Positions 1 through 8,171 of a stretch of DNA of 32,000 bases are shown here, in pieces. The notes beneath the pieces are model-generated. The model had not been told where the DNA came from. It searched no databases and saw only the letters and a program-made list of their open reading frames with translations. The DNA is taken from the NCBI GenBank assembly GCA_026016245.1, contig CP061211.1, forward strand, positions 240,001-272,000, written 5' to 3'. Within the stretch, counting starts at the first letter, position 1, and each line of letters opens with the position of its first letter. The translations under genes were made by a program, and so were the position numbers. The DNA comes from Candidatus Pacearchaeota archaeon (GTDB taxonomy: Archaea; Nanobdellota; Nanobdellia; Pacearchaeales; UBA284).

Positions 1-1961
1 TTCCCTTTTTCATTTATAAGAGCATATTTTTTCTTTGCTCCAAGTTTAACTGTTCTTTTTGCTACAAACAAACCTCTTTTATAGAAATCTTCAAGTTCAA
101 GCTCCATAATCCCTGGAAGTTCAGAATTTAGTTTTTTTAAAAAATCTATAGTTTGTTTTTTACTTTTTTTGCCTAATAAAAAAGCAATAGAATCTGTATC
201 AGAATAAATTATTTCATAACTTTGTTTTTTAATTTTGTCTATTGTATCTAAAATATTTTTTCTGGCTAGGGCAGCTGTTGAAGCTGCTGCTTCTCTGCAA
301 TAATAACGAGCTCCAAAAAAACCTTGATAGCCATAAGAGGCATTTGCTAGAAGTTTATAGGCATTGCTTCTTGCTTTTGCAATAGGGTTTGGATTTTGTT
401 TGTATTCTTTTTTATATTTTTTTCTTTTTTCTATTATCTCAGAAAGCATTAATGGAAAAAATCCTTGTTCTTTTGAAAAATAAACTTTTCCCTTCTCCAA
501 ATTGACTTCTAATGTCTTATTAAATTTTTTCTTTAAGAAGGTTGATAAGGAGAGATTATAAGTAAAAATCACAGAAGCATACATACTTGTAAAATCAAAC
601 ATAACTATATTTTTATACAAACCTGGCTTTGGCTGAAAAACAAAAGCTCCAACATACTTCCCCATTTGTCTTCTTTCTTTTATTTCATCATGTAATGGTC
701 TTTTTTCAGCTATCTCATTATATTTATCAAGATTATGGAGAATATAGGATTCAACTAATTGAGACATAGAATTTCTTGTTATCTCAAAGAGAGGTTCTTG
801 TATAATCCCACTGAATTCAATCATGTCTGGCCATAATTTCTCTGCTAATTTATATGTCAAAATAGAATCTTGTAAATTATATTCAAAATAATCCTTCCAT
901 TCATGCTCTTTTATCTTAGAGGAATGTTTATGATTAAATTCTTTTTTTCCTTCTCCTAATAATTCAAATGCCACTTCATTCAATCCAAGAGTTTCTGATT
1001 GCAAATATTGAGAATAAACTGATTCTATAAACCTAAATAAATCAACATGGACTATTCCTGAAATCCTTGCTTTTGGAATTCTCCCCCTAATAAATGAAGG
1101 CTGGCTTTTATCCAAACCTAATGCCAGCTTAATTTTATTTTTTTCAGCTCTGGCTTTTAAATAAGGAATATCAAAACCATCACTAAAATATCCTACGAGA
1201 ATATCAGGTGAAATCTTATTTACATAATTTATGAATGTTTTGAGCATCTCTGCTTCACTCTTAAAATATTCAACATAATTTAATTTTTCAGAGCTTTTTT
1301 TCCATGTCAATACTTTTTTAAAATTGTCAGAAACAAGGGAAATCATTAAAATCTCTCCTTTCCCCAACTCTAATTCATCTGATTCTATATCAAAGGCCAG
1401 GAATTTTGGTCTGAATTTTTTATTATTTAATTTCTCAATTTTCTCAGCCTTAATACAAACATCTATGTCAAAGGCTGAATCAATATTGCCAAATTCCTGA
1501 GAATTATTTAGAATCTCCCCAGATATCTTATGCCAAGATAAAGGAATCAGCTTTTTTTCAGTTATATACTTAGTTATAATATTAATATCATATTCTCTTC
1601 TTGCTTTTATTTCCTTAAAATCAAGCTTATCAGCTATTGGATGAGCATCTTTATAATTAGTTATAAAAATTTTGATTGCTTTTACCTTTTTGCTTAAAAA
1701 TTTTTTTTCATGAATTTCTGTTCTTTCTACTTTTGTTGTCCTTGAAGGTAGTTTAATCTCAATTTTCTCTATCTTCTTCTGAATGTCCTTTATTCTTTTC
1801 TCAGAAGCACTATCTTCAAAAATAGCCCATAGAAAAGGATCAAAGTGATCTACCACACAGGCTCTTTTACCTTTTTCATCTCTTCCTATTATCCTAATAT
1901 AGTTTTTCCCCTGAAAATCAAAATAATCATAATCTAAAGGAATAAAGTTAATTGAAGTCAT
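1..1961 (-). CDS. polB: Family-B DNA polymerase (PolB), 5' part; C-terminus lies beyond the left window edge
   Basis: Minus-strand frame is open from ATG at 1961 to position 1. It is absent from the ORF track because no stop lies in the window. My translation starts MTSINFIPLDYDYFDFQGKNYIRIIGRDEKGK. It contains FDIESD (Exo I), GYFSDGFDIPYL (Exo II), YNLQDS (Exo III), FDFTSMYAS (motif A), KLLANASYGYQGF (motif B) and YSDTDS (motif C). No intein-like interruption is seen. Confidence 0.93.
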   Translation of the reverse strand, partial: MTSINFIPLDYDYFDFQGKNYIRIIGRDEKGKRACVVDHFDPFLWAIFEDSASEKRIKDIQKKIEKIEIKLPSRTTKVERTEIHEKKFLSKKVKAIKIFITNYKDAHPIADKLDFKEIKARREYDINIITKYITEKKLIPLSWHKISGEILNNSQEFGNIDSAFDIDVCIKAEKIEKLNNKKFRPKFLAFDIESDELELGKGEILMISLVSDNFKKVLTWKKSSEKLNYVEYFKSEAEMLKTFINYVNKISPDILVGYFSDGFDIPYLKARAEKNKIKLALGLDKSQPSFIRGRIPKARISGIVHVDLFRFIESVYSQYLQSETLGLNEVAFELLGEGKKEFNHKHSSKIKEHEWKDYFEYNLQDSILTYKLAEKLWPDMIEFSGIIQEPLFEITRNSMSQLVESYILHNLDKYNEIAEKRPLHDEIKERRQMGKYVGAFVFQPKPGLYKNIVMFDFTSMYASVIFTYNLSLSTFLKKKFNKTLEVNLEKGKVYFSKEQGFFPLMLSEIIEKRKKYKKEYKQNPNPIAKARSNAYKLLANASYGYQGFFGARYYCREAAASTAALARKNILDTIDKIKKQSYEIIYSDTDSIAFLLGKKSKKQTIDFLKKLNSELPGIMELELEDFYKRGLFVAKRTVKLGAKKKYALINEKG

Positions 1962-1983
1962 GAGATTACCAAGATAAAGAGAT

Positions 1984-2016
1984 TTTTAAAATTTCTGAAG
2001 ACGAAAGATTTAAATA
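1984..2016. promoter_or_regulatory. Divergent archaeal promoter pair (polB leftward, 2053 gene rightward)
   Basis: Palindromic TTTTAAAA at 1984-1991 lies 22 nt upstream of the polB ATG (1961, minus). CGAAAG + ATTTAAATA (BRE/TATA-like, 2002-2016) faces the plus-strand gene. That gene's ATG at 2053 is preceded by GGAG at 2046-2049. Confidence 0.55.
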
Positions 2017-2052
2017 TAGATGTTACTTAACAATAGTGACAATAAGGAGAAA

Positions 2053-2646
2053 ATGAAAAAACTATTAGAAGAAAGGCTTATTGGATTAAATGAAGAAATT
2101 TTTGAAGAAATAAAGAGAGCTCTTTCTATTCCTTATATAAACCCAAAAAAAGAATGGAGATCTATGCCTTATCTTAAAGATGATCTTAATAATGCTATTG
2201 TAGGATATCTTTCTCGGATAAGTAGAGTTTCAAGGAATTTTAAAAGTAACTTGTATTCAACAATAAATAAAGAACCACTCAAGAGAGTTTATTATGGAAT
2301 TAAAAGCACAGATGAATTGCCTAAAGAATTCATGAATTCATTAACTGATTGGGAGAAAGTTTATTTTTTTGCTGGCAGATGGGATATAAGAAAACCTAAT
2401 TTTACAGAACCAATAGATGTTTTAACAGTAAAGCATGTTTATGAAGGTCTTAACTTAGTTAATAAACATCATTTTAAAAGAAAAGCTAAAGGACAATATA
2501 CCAGGCAACTTGAATTGCCAGAAAGAAAAGAGGTTAGAGAAGCATATAAAAGAATTATTAAAGCTTATGAAGAAAAGTTAGTTCCAAAAAAGGAAGAAAG
2601 AAAAACAGAAGAAAAACAGAAAATAGTCCAAGAGGCTTTATTTTAA
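2053..2646 (+). CDS. Hypothetical protein (197 aa from internal Met; ORF track start 2020)
   Basis: ORF 2020..2646. The ATG at 2020 is only 4 nt past the TATA box, so it is unlikely to be transcribed. ATG 2053 has an AAGGAG Shine-Dalgarno. No family recognised. The C-terminus QKIVQEALF is loosely PIP-box-like. Confidence 0.6.
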   Translation: MKKLLEERLIGLNEEIFEEIKRALSIPYINPKKEWRSMPYLKDDLNNAIVGYLSRISRVSRNFKSNLYSTINKEPLKRVYYGIKSTDELPKEFMNSLTDWEKVYFFAGRWDIRKPNFTEPIDVLTVKHVYEGLNLVNKHHFKRKAKGQYTRQLELPERKEVREAYKRIIKAYEEKLVPKKEERKTEEKQKIVQEALF

Positions 2647-2648
2647 AA

Positions 2649-3059
2649 ATGGAAAATAGGAAGGATAAATTAGATGAAATTGCAACTAAACTAAAGGAAA
2701 TTTCAGTTCCTACACTTAATTTATCTAAAAGTAATTCACATGGCCCAAGGTCTATGTATACAATTGATATAGCCAAGTTGAGAGAAATCCCGGATTTTAT
2801 TGATTTTATAGAAGAAGGAAAATTAAAAAAATTAGCATCTAAAATGAGATGTCCTTTATATTTACATGGAGAAGTTGATGGATATAATGTTGAAGTTCTT
2901 GTTGAAAAAGATGAGATAGAGTATGCTCTACAATGGTATGAAATGCAGAGAGACAAGGTTTTTTATGTTAATTATTTTACAGATAAGGGACATACAAACA
3001 TCAATAAAATAGATGTAACACCCAGGCAAAGAAAATTTACAAGATATTCTTTAAATTAG
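2649..3059 (+). CDS. Hypothetical protein, 136 aa, translationally coupled to the upstream ORF
   Basis: ORF track. Its ATG lies 2 nt after the upstream TAA. No recognisable motifs. Confidence 0.6.
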   Translation: MENRKDKLDEIATKLKEISVPTLNLSKSNSHGPRSMYTIDIAKLREIPDFIDFIEEGKLKKLASKMRCPLYLHGEVDGYNVEVLVEKDEIEYALQWYEMQRDKVFYVNYFTDKGHTNINKIDVTPRQRKFTRYSLN

Positions 3060-3065
3060 GATAAA

Positions 3066-3073
3066 TTATTTAA
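3066..3073 (+). promoter_or_regulatory. TATA box for fen (leaderless)
   Basis: TTATTTAA lies 22 nt upstream of the ATG at 3096. Confidence 0.5.
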
Positions 3074-3095
3074 GTTTCTTTTTCTCTTAATTTTT

Positions 3096-4139
3096 ATGGG
3101 TTTACAGATTAGCGATTTAGTTCCAAAAAAAGAGATAGGATTTGAGGAGTTAAGAGGTAAGATTATTGCAGTTGATGCTTTTAACATCTTGTATCAGTTT
3201 CTTGCTAATATTAGACAAGTTGATGGAACTCCTTTAATGGATAAAAAGAAAAGGGTAACTTCACATCTTTCTGGTCTTTTTTATAGAACTACCAACTTGA
3301 TGACTAAAGGCCTCAAATTAGTTTATGTTTTTGATGGAGAATCACCTGAGCTTAAAGCAAAGACAGCAAAAGCAAGACATGAAAGGAAAGAGGCAGCAAA
3401 AGAAAAGTATGAGAAAGCAAAAGAGAAAGGAAAAGCAGAGGAAATGTTCAAGTGGTCAAGACAAACTCTAAGATTGAGTGATGAGATGATTGATGAGAGT
3501 AAACAACTATTGAAAGCTCTTGGATTGCCTGTAATTCAAGCTCCAGGAGAAGGAGAAGCCCAATGTGCTTTTATGGTTAAACAAAAAGATGCTTATGCTG
3601 TTGCAAGCCAGGATTATGATTCCTTGCTTTTTGGAGCCACCCGATTAATTCAAAATCTTACTTTGGCAAGGAGAAGAAGAACACCTACAGGTTTTATTTC
3701 TATAAGTCCTACACTAATTGAACTTGACAACACTCTTAACAATTTGCAGATTAATCGTGATCAATTAATTTCTTTAGGAATTCTTGTTGGAACAGATTTT
3801 AATCCACAAGGAATTAAAGGAATAGGACCAAAAAAAGCTTTACATTTAGTAAAAGCACACAGACAACCAGTCTTAATTTTCACATCTCTAGATAAATTAT
3901 TCAAGGAAGGCAAGATTCCTGAACTAGATTTTGACTGGAGAAAAATTTTTGAGATTTTTAAGAAACCTAATGTTAGGAAAGATTATAAGATTGAATTCAA
4001 GAAAGTTAATGAGAAAAAAATTAAGGAATTATTGTGTAAAGAGCATGACTTTAGTGAAGATAGGGTTAATAATGCTTTGAATAAAGTAGCTGAGTATGAG
4101 AAATCTGCTAAACAAAAAGACCTAAAAAGTTATTTCTAA
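3096..4139 (+). CDS. fen: Flap endonuclease 1 (FEN-1 / XPG family)
   Basis: N-terminus MGLQISDLVPKKEIGFEELRGKIIAVDAFNILYQFL, then DGTPLMD, TSHLSGLFYRT, VYVFDG, APGEGEAQCAFM, ASQDYDSLLFGA, LVGTDFNP and GIKGIGPKKA are all FEN-1 signatures. The C-terminal QKDLKSYF is a canonical PCNA-interacting PIP box. Confidence 0.95.
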   Translation: MGLQISDLVPKKEIGFEELRGKIIAVDAFNILYQFLANIRQVDGTPLMDKKKRVTSHLSGLFYRTTNLMTKGLKLVYVFDGESPELKAKTAKARHERKEAAKEKYEKAKEKGKAEEMFKWSRQTLRLSDEMIDESKQLLKALGLPVIQAPGEGEAQCAFMVKQKDAYAVASQDYDSLLFGATRLIQNLTLARRRRTPTGFISISPTLIELDNTLNNLQINRDQLISLGILVGTDFNPQGIKGIGPKKALHLVKAHRQPVLIFTSLDKLFKEGKIPELDFDWRKIFEIFKKPNVRKDYKIEFKKVNEKKIKELLCKEHDFSEDRVNNALNKVAEYEKSAKQKDLKSYF

Positions 4140-4330
4140 AATCTTCTTGATGTAAGTGCTGATATTAATGCGATCAAACCGACTATTGCTGTTATTCCAA
4201 AATAAACTCTTGGGTCTGCTGGAAATTGTGCAATAACCCCAGGAGTGTAGCCGAAATTAAATGCTAATCCTATAAGACTTACTACCAAAACTATCAGACC
4301 GAATAAAAACAACATGAATTTTGGTTTCAT
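4136..4330 (-). CDS. Small membrane protein, 64 aa, two predicted TM helices
   Basis: ORF track. It has two hydrophobic stretches (FMLFLFGLIVLVVSLIGLAF and YFGITAIVGLIALISAL). Its stop overlaps the fen stop by 4 nt in convergent orientation. Confidence 0.5.
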   Translation of the reverse strand: MKPKFMLFLFGLIVLVVSLIGLAFNFGYTPGVIAQFPADPRVYFGITAIVGLIALISALTSRRF

Positions 4331-4386
4331 TTTTTCCTTTTTTTATGTTTTTATTTAGTATTTTAGATTTATAAATTTGTTTATTT

Positions 4387-5544
4387 TTATAACCTGGCTA
4401 TTCTTCTTAATGATGCTTGATGTTTTCTTCTAAGAGTCTCTACATCTCTATCTCTATGATCTAATAAATATCTTGCAGCTCTTCTGTATCTCTGTGCTTT
4501 TGCTATGTCTCCTCTTTGCTCACTTGTTACTGCTGCTTGCTCTGCTTGTCTTACTTGTTGGTTATGTCTTCCTATTTTCTCTCTTATTAATCTTTCATAC
4601 TTTTCATTCATTTTTTGAACTCTGGCTGCTTTATTTCTAGCTGCTTTTTCAGCGATATTTTCTACTTCTCTTTCTACCTCACCATAAATTCTTCTAATCT
4701 CTCTTTCTTTTCTCTTTTCCAACTTATGAACAAGTTCTTCATAATGTCTCCTTCCAGTCTCTGTTGTTTGAATAGAAGCTTTCTGTTGAGCTTTTTTTAT
4801 TAATCTCTTATATCTTTTCTCAATCTCCTCAGCTTTCTTTCTTTTCATTCTTTGAAGTTTAGTTTCTGCCCTGCGCGCTAGAGTATGTTTCCAAAATCCT
4901 GGCTTAGCCATCTCTCTTTCTTCTTTTATAGGTTTTATTTTTGGCATTCTTGGTTCTCTAAAACCTCTTATAGACGGTGCTCCTAAACCACCTTTGCGCA
5001 GTTTATTAAAGAGCCATATTAAAAACATGAATATAGCAATAATAATGATGGCTATTGCTATTGCATCAAGAACAACACAAACAATGTGGGGAAAAGTATA
5101 AGGGCATAATTGAGGTCTAAGCCATAAAAGCCACACTAAAGAAAGTGCTAGAAGAATAACCCAAAATGTTTTTCCTTTTCCTCTTAATTGATTCCATAAT
5201 ATTGCAAAGATGACTGCTAAAGCAAGAAGCACAACAAGCCAGCCAATTCTCGGGATTATTGGGCCATAATAATAAATTGCTCCAAGAGCTCCTATTAAAC
5301 CTAGAACAAAAGCTGCTACAAATGCCACTCCTGGACTAGTATGGAAAACTTGTTGTAAAGAAAACCAACAAACTGCAAATATTAATAAAAAAAGAAGGGC
5401 AGCATTAACCCATTCATTCTCAGCAAGTTCTGATATAGTAAGACCTTCAAAAAGACCTGGCCCATAATATCCATTGTAAGCAAGAACTGAACTAGCAAGG
5501 AGAATGAATGCTAGCAAAGACAATAATAACAAACCTCTTTTCAT
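4387..5544 (-). CDS. Multi-pass membrane protein with long R/K/E-rich C-terminal helical tail
   Basis: N-terminal signal-like MKRGLLLLSLLAFILLASSVLA is followed by about 5 hydrophobic helices. A roughly 190-aa highly charged region follows (RRAETKLQRMKRKKAEEIEKRYKRLIKKAQQK...). No family recognised. Confidence 0.65.
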   Translation of the reverse strand: MKRGLLLLSLLAFILLASSVLAYNGYYGPGLFEGLTISELAENEWVNAALLFLLIFAVCWFSLQQVFHTSPGVAFVAAFVLGLIGALGAIYYYGPIIPRIGWLVVLLALAVIFAILWNQLRGKGKTFWVILLALSLVWLLWLRPQLCPYTFPHIVCVVLDAIAIAIIIIAIFMFLIWLFNKLRKGGLGAPSIRGFREPRMPKIKPIKEEREMAKPGFWKHTLARRAETKLQRMKRKKAEEIEKRYKRLIKKAQQKASIQTTETGRRHYEELVHKLEKRKEREIRRIYGEVEREVENIAEKAARNKAARVQKMNEKYERLIREKIGRHNQQVRQAEQAAVTSEQRGDIAKAQRYRRAARYLLDHRDRDVETLRRKHQASLRRIARL

Positions 5545-5583
5545 CTATTAGGAAAGAGATAGTTATTTTTAAATTTTAAGGTT

Positions 5584-6288
5584 TTATGGCCTTAATTCAA
5601 GAACAAGCTTATCCTTTTCAAGATAATAGTTTTTTATTGGTAAAGCTACAGGGATTAATTTAAAATAAGCTTTGTTTTTTGTGAAAGCCTTAATCTCGAT
5701 GCTATTTTGCAGTTTGTTAATTATAATATCTTTCTCACTTTTTACTCCAGGAAGAATGATCTCATAAATAATCTTGTCTGTTAATCTTCTTACTGTAGTC
5801 TGTGGTTCTTCTTTTGGTAGCTTAGCTAATTTTGCTTGCTGAGCTTTTGTTAATTTCCTTGCTGGCAGCTTTATTTTTTCTTCCTCACTTTCATCTCTTT
5901 TTGCTTTTTTTATTTCTAAAGGTATCTTCTGGCCAGGACCAAATTGCCTTACTTTTATTACAGGTTGGCCATCTGGAGAGCTCTCTACTTTAATGCTTAT
6001 GCCTTGAGTATGAACTGGCATCTTTTCTAAGTTCTTCCTCTCACCTATAGTTCTATCCATCTCCCTGAATTGTTTATCTATATCTCTTATAAGTCTCTTA
6101 AATGGGAATTTGATGAAGAATGGCATCTTGAAAGCTTCTTCAAAGCTTTTTTCTATAGTCCTTATCTCTTTTTCATGATCTTCTTCGAATTTCTTTACTT
6201 CTCTTAGAGCCCTTCCACAAAAAGGGCAATAGCTAAAATCAGCATCTACTTTTTTTCCACATCTGCACTTGATTTTCTTCTTGAACAT
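5584..6288 (-). CDS. Zinc-ribbon protein with C-terminal Hsp20/alpha-crystallin-like domain
   Basis: N-terminal CRCGKKVDADFSYCPFCG (CxC...CxxC) is a zinc ribbon. The C-terminal IIYEIILPGVKSEKDIIINKLQNSIEIKA...YFKLIPVALPI...DKLVLELRP matches the LPGV / IxIxA pattern of small-HSP ACD domains. Confidence 0.6.
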   Translation of the reverse strand: MFKKKIKCRCGKKVDADFSYCPFCGRALREVKKFEEDHEKEIRTIEKSFEEAFKMPFFIKFPFKRLIRDIDKQFREMDRTIGERKNLEKMPVHTQGISIKVESSPDGQPVIKVRQFGPGQKIPLEIKKAKRDESEEEKIKLPARKLTKAQQAKLAKLPKEEPQTTVRRLTDKIIYEIILPGVKSEKDIIINKLQNSIEIKAFTKNKAYFKLIPVALPIKNYYLEKDKLVLELRP

Positions 6289-6380
6289 AAAATTACGTCG
6301 GACTTTTTGTTTTTAAATTTTTGCTCTTAGTAATATCTCAGTAATATGTTGTCACTTAAGTAGAGTAACAAATAGAAAGG

Positions 6381-6388
6381 TTTATAAA
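6381..6388 (+). promoter_or_regulatory. TATA box
   Basis: TTTATAAA lies 21 nt upstream of the ATG at 6410. Confidence 0.45.
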
Positions 6389-6409
6389 GTCTGAAATCTT
6401 ATAGAAAAT

Positions 6410-6550
6410 ATGACAAACGATGAGTATGATGAGGATTTAAAGGGAGTCTTTCCTGAGGAGAAAGGTGACAAGAAGAGGGAAGATGAACTTGAAAGTTTGT
6501 GCTTACAAGATAAAGCTAAATTATCAAAAGAATCTAAAAAATATAAATAA
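6410..6550 (+). CDS. Possible 46-aa acidic small protein (below ORF-track threshold)
   Basis: My translation: MTNDEYDEDLKGVFPEEKGDKKREDELESLCLQDKAKLSKESKKYK. The ATG sits at the leaderless distance from the TATA at 6381. Its TAA ends 1 nt before the ATG at 6552. It competes with the alternative 6465 start of the next ORF, which is in a different frame. Confidence 0.35.
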   Translation: MTNDEYDEDLKGVFPEEKGDKKREDELESLCLQDKAKLSKESKKYK

Positions 6551-6551
6551 A

Positions 6552-7175
6552 ATGGTAGAAGAAAAACAAAAGAAATTCTACAAAAAGTGGGAAGATTATG
6601 CTTTAGCAGCTTATGCTCTACCTGCTTATATAAATGGAAAAGTTGGCCCACAACAGAGAACTGCTGCATGGGAACATTTGGAGAGAACTCGTGGTCTTGA
6701 AGGAATCTTAGATAAGGCTACAAGAGAGGGGATGTTTGATGTTAAGAAAGCTCTAGCAAGTGATGCTGAACAATATATGAAATACTTTGGAGAGCTAACT
6801 GTTCAAGAAGCTTTAGACCATGTAGCATCTAAGACAGGATATAAAGGGCAATTTTCTGAGATGTTAACACCATACTTAGACAAACAAATCAAAGATCTAC
6901 AAGAAAGTGCACAGAAATATGATGAAATAGAAAAGAAATTCCAGGAAGCAAAACAAAAATATGAACAAGGATTGATAACTGGAAAGGAATTTGATAAGAT
7001 AAGTGAGGAATATAGTGGAGCTATAAAGACACGTGGAAAAGATAGTGAAGCTCTTAAATTAGTAGGTAGTTATGATAGATTGAAGATAGAGCAGTATGTA
7101 TTGCCAATAATAACTAAGAAAGTTTATGAGATTGATCACAGAGAATACAAGGAATCAAGAGAAGGAGCTGCTTAA
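6552..7175 (+). CDS. Hypothetical helical protein (207 aa from MVEEKQKKFYKKW; ORF track start 6465)
   Basis: ORF track 6465..7175. The region upstream of Met30 is low-complexity and overlaps the better-placed small ORF. No family recognised. Confidence 0.6.
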   Translation: MVEEKQKKFYKKWEDYALAAYALPAYINGKVGPQQRTAAWEHLERTRGLEGILDKATREGMFDVKKALASDAEQYMKYFGELTVQEALDHVASKTGYKGQFSEMLTPYLDKQIKDLQESAQKYDEIEKKFQEAKQKYEQGLITGKEFDKISEEYSGAIKTRGKDSEALKLVGSYDRLKIEQYVLPIITKKVYEIDHREYKESREGAA

Positions 7176-7194
7176 ATTTAATTTTTTTTATTTT

Positions 7195-8094
7195 TTATTT
7201 TTTTATTTTTCCACTAATTATTTTGTCAATTAATTTTGCCATCTCTCTAACAAACATATCTGTCTTATCTCTCCATTCGTCTATTTCACTACCTGAAATC
7301 TCTGACCTTGCTCCATGTAATATATCATGAGCAATTTTATAAACATCACGATACCAAGAAACATATTTTGAATCTAAAGTGTTTGTTCTGACAAATGTGT
7401 TTTCTAATAATTTTGCAATATGCTCTGGACTTGGGGGGACTTTTTTTGCTGCTATCAAAGCTGCATGAGATGAATCAACCATAGCCCAATATAATCCTTC
7501 TAGACTGCTGAGGAGAGAAGCTTTTGTTCTTGCTAAATGTAGTGGAGCTCTCTGTAAAATAATATAGATAGCCTCTGGAGTGCTTTTTAATTTGCCTTGA
7601 GCTAATAGTACTTTAAGAGGTGTATAGAAGCCGCCAAAATCAATAAGAGGCTGACCCCATCTTATTATGTTTATTATAACTGGCTCTCCCCTCATCATCT
7701 CAACCCACCAAGTGCTTAATCTTACAGAATTAATATGTAAAGGCTTTCTATAAGGATTAGCCCTAATTAATTTTCCCAACTCTTCTCTATACCAAGCAAT
7801 AAGTTCAGCATCCCATTGTATTGTACAATCATCAAGAATAACAATAATATCTATATCACTGCCTCTCTTCATCTTCCCCTTTGCAGCAGATCCAAATAAG
7901 ATTACTGATTTAAGGACCTTACCAAACTTTTCATAAGCTTTGGTTGCAAAATCATATGCAATATCTTGTTCATCTTTAAGCCTTAGAGTTGGAAATTCTC
8001 TTTCACGAACTTTTGTAACTTTTGGCATTCCAGGAACTTTAGGAACTTTTGGGGTTTTGGCTTTTATTATTTTTACTTTTTTCTCCTTTGCCAT
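7195..8094 (-). CDS. Fused minimal nucleotidyltransferase (Pol-beta fold) + HEPN-like helical domain
   Basis: VILFGSAAKGKMKRGSDIDIIVILDD is the GS-x(n)-DxD NTase signature. The C-terminal helical part contains RDVYKIAH, which fits the HEPN R-x(4-6)-H motif. The N-terminus has PKV repeats (TPKVPKVPGMPKVTKV). Confidence 0.75.
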   Translation of the reverse strand: MAKEKKVKIIKAKTPKVPKVPGMPKVTKVREREFPTLRLKDEQDIAYDFATKAYEKFGKVLKSVILFGSAAKGKMKRGSDIDIIVILDDCTIQWDAELIAWYREELGKLIRANPYRKPLHINSVRLSTWWVEMMRGEPVIINIIRWGQPLIDFGGFYTPLKVLLAQGKLKSTPEAIYIILQRAPLHLARTKASLLSSLEGLYWAMVDSSHAALIAAKKVPPSPEHIAKLLENTFVRTNTLDSKYVSWYRDVYKIAHDILHGARSEISGSEIDEWRDKTDMFVREMAKLIDKIISGKIKK

Positions 8095-8171
8095 TCTTAC
8101 CTCTTTTTCTTTTTTATTAAGTGAATATGTTTTTTAAAGTTTTGTTTTATTTTTAATTTTTAATTTTTTAT

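Noticed and set aside
1-1961. Intein or mini-intein in polB
   Set aside because: Motifs A, B and C and the Exo I-III motifs are contiguous at normal spacing in my translation. No Cys/Ser-...-HN-Cys/Ser/Thr insertion was found.
6424-6490. Possible C/D-box sRNA (ATGATGA at about 6424, CTGA at about 6452)
   Set aside because: No convincing C'/D' pair or terminal D box at the right spacing. No terminal stem. The region is better explained as coding or 5' region of the 6410/6552 genes.
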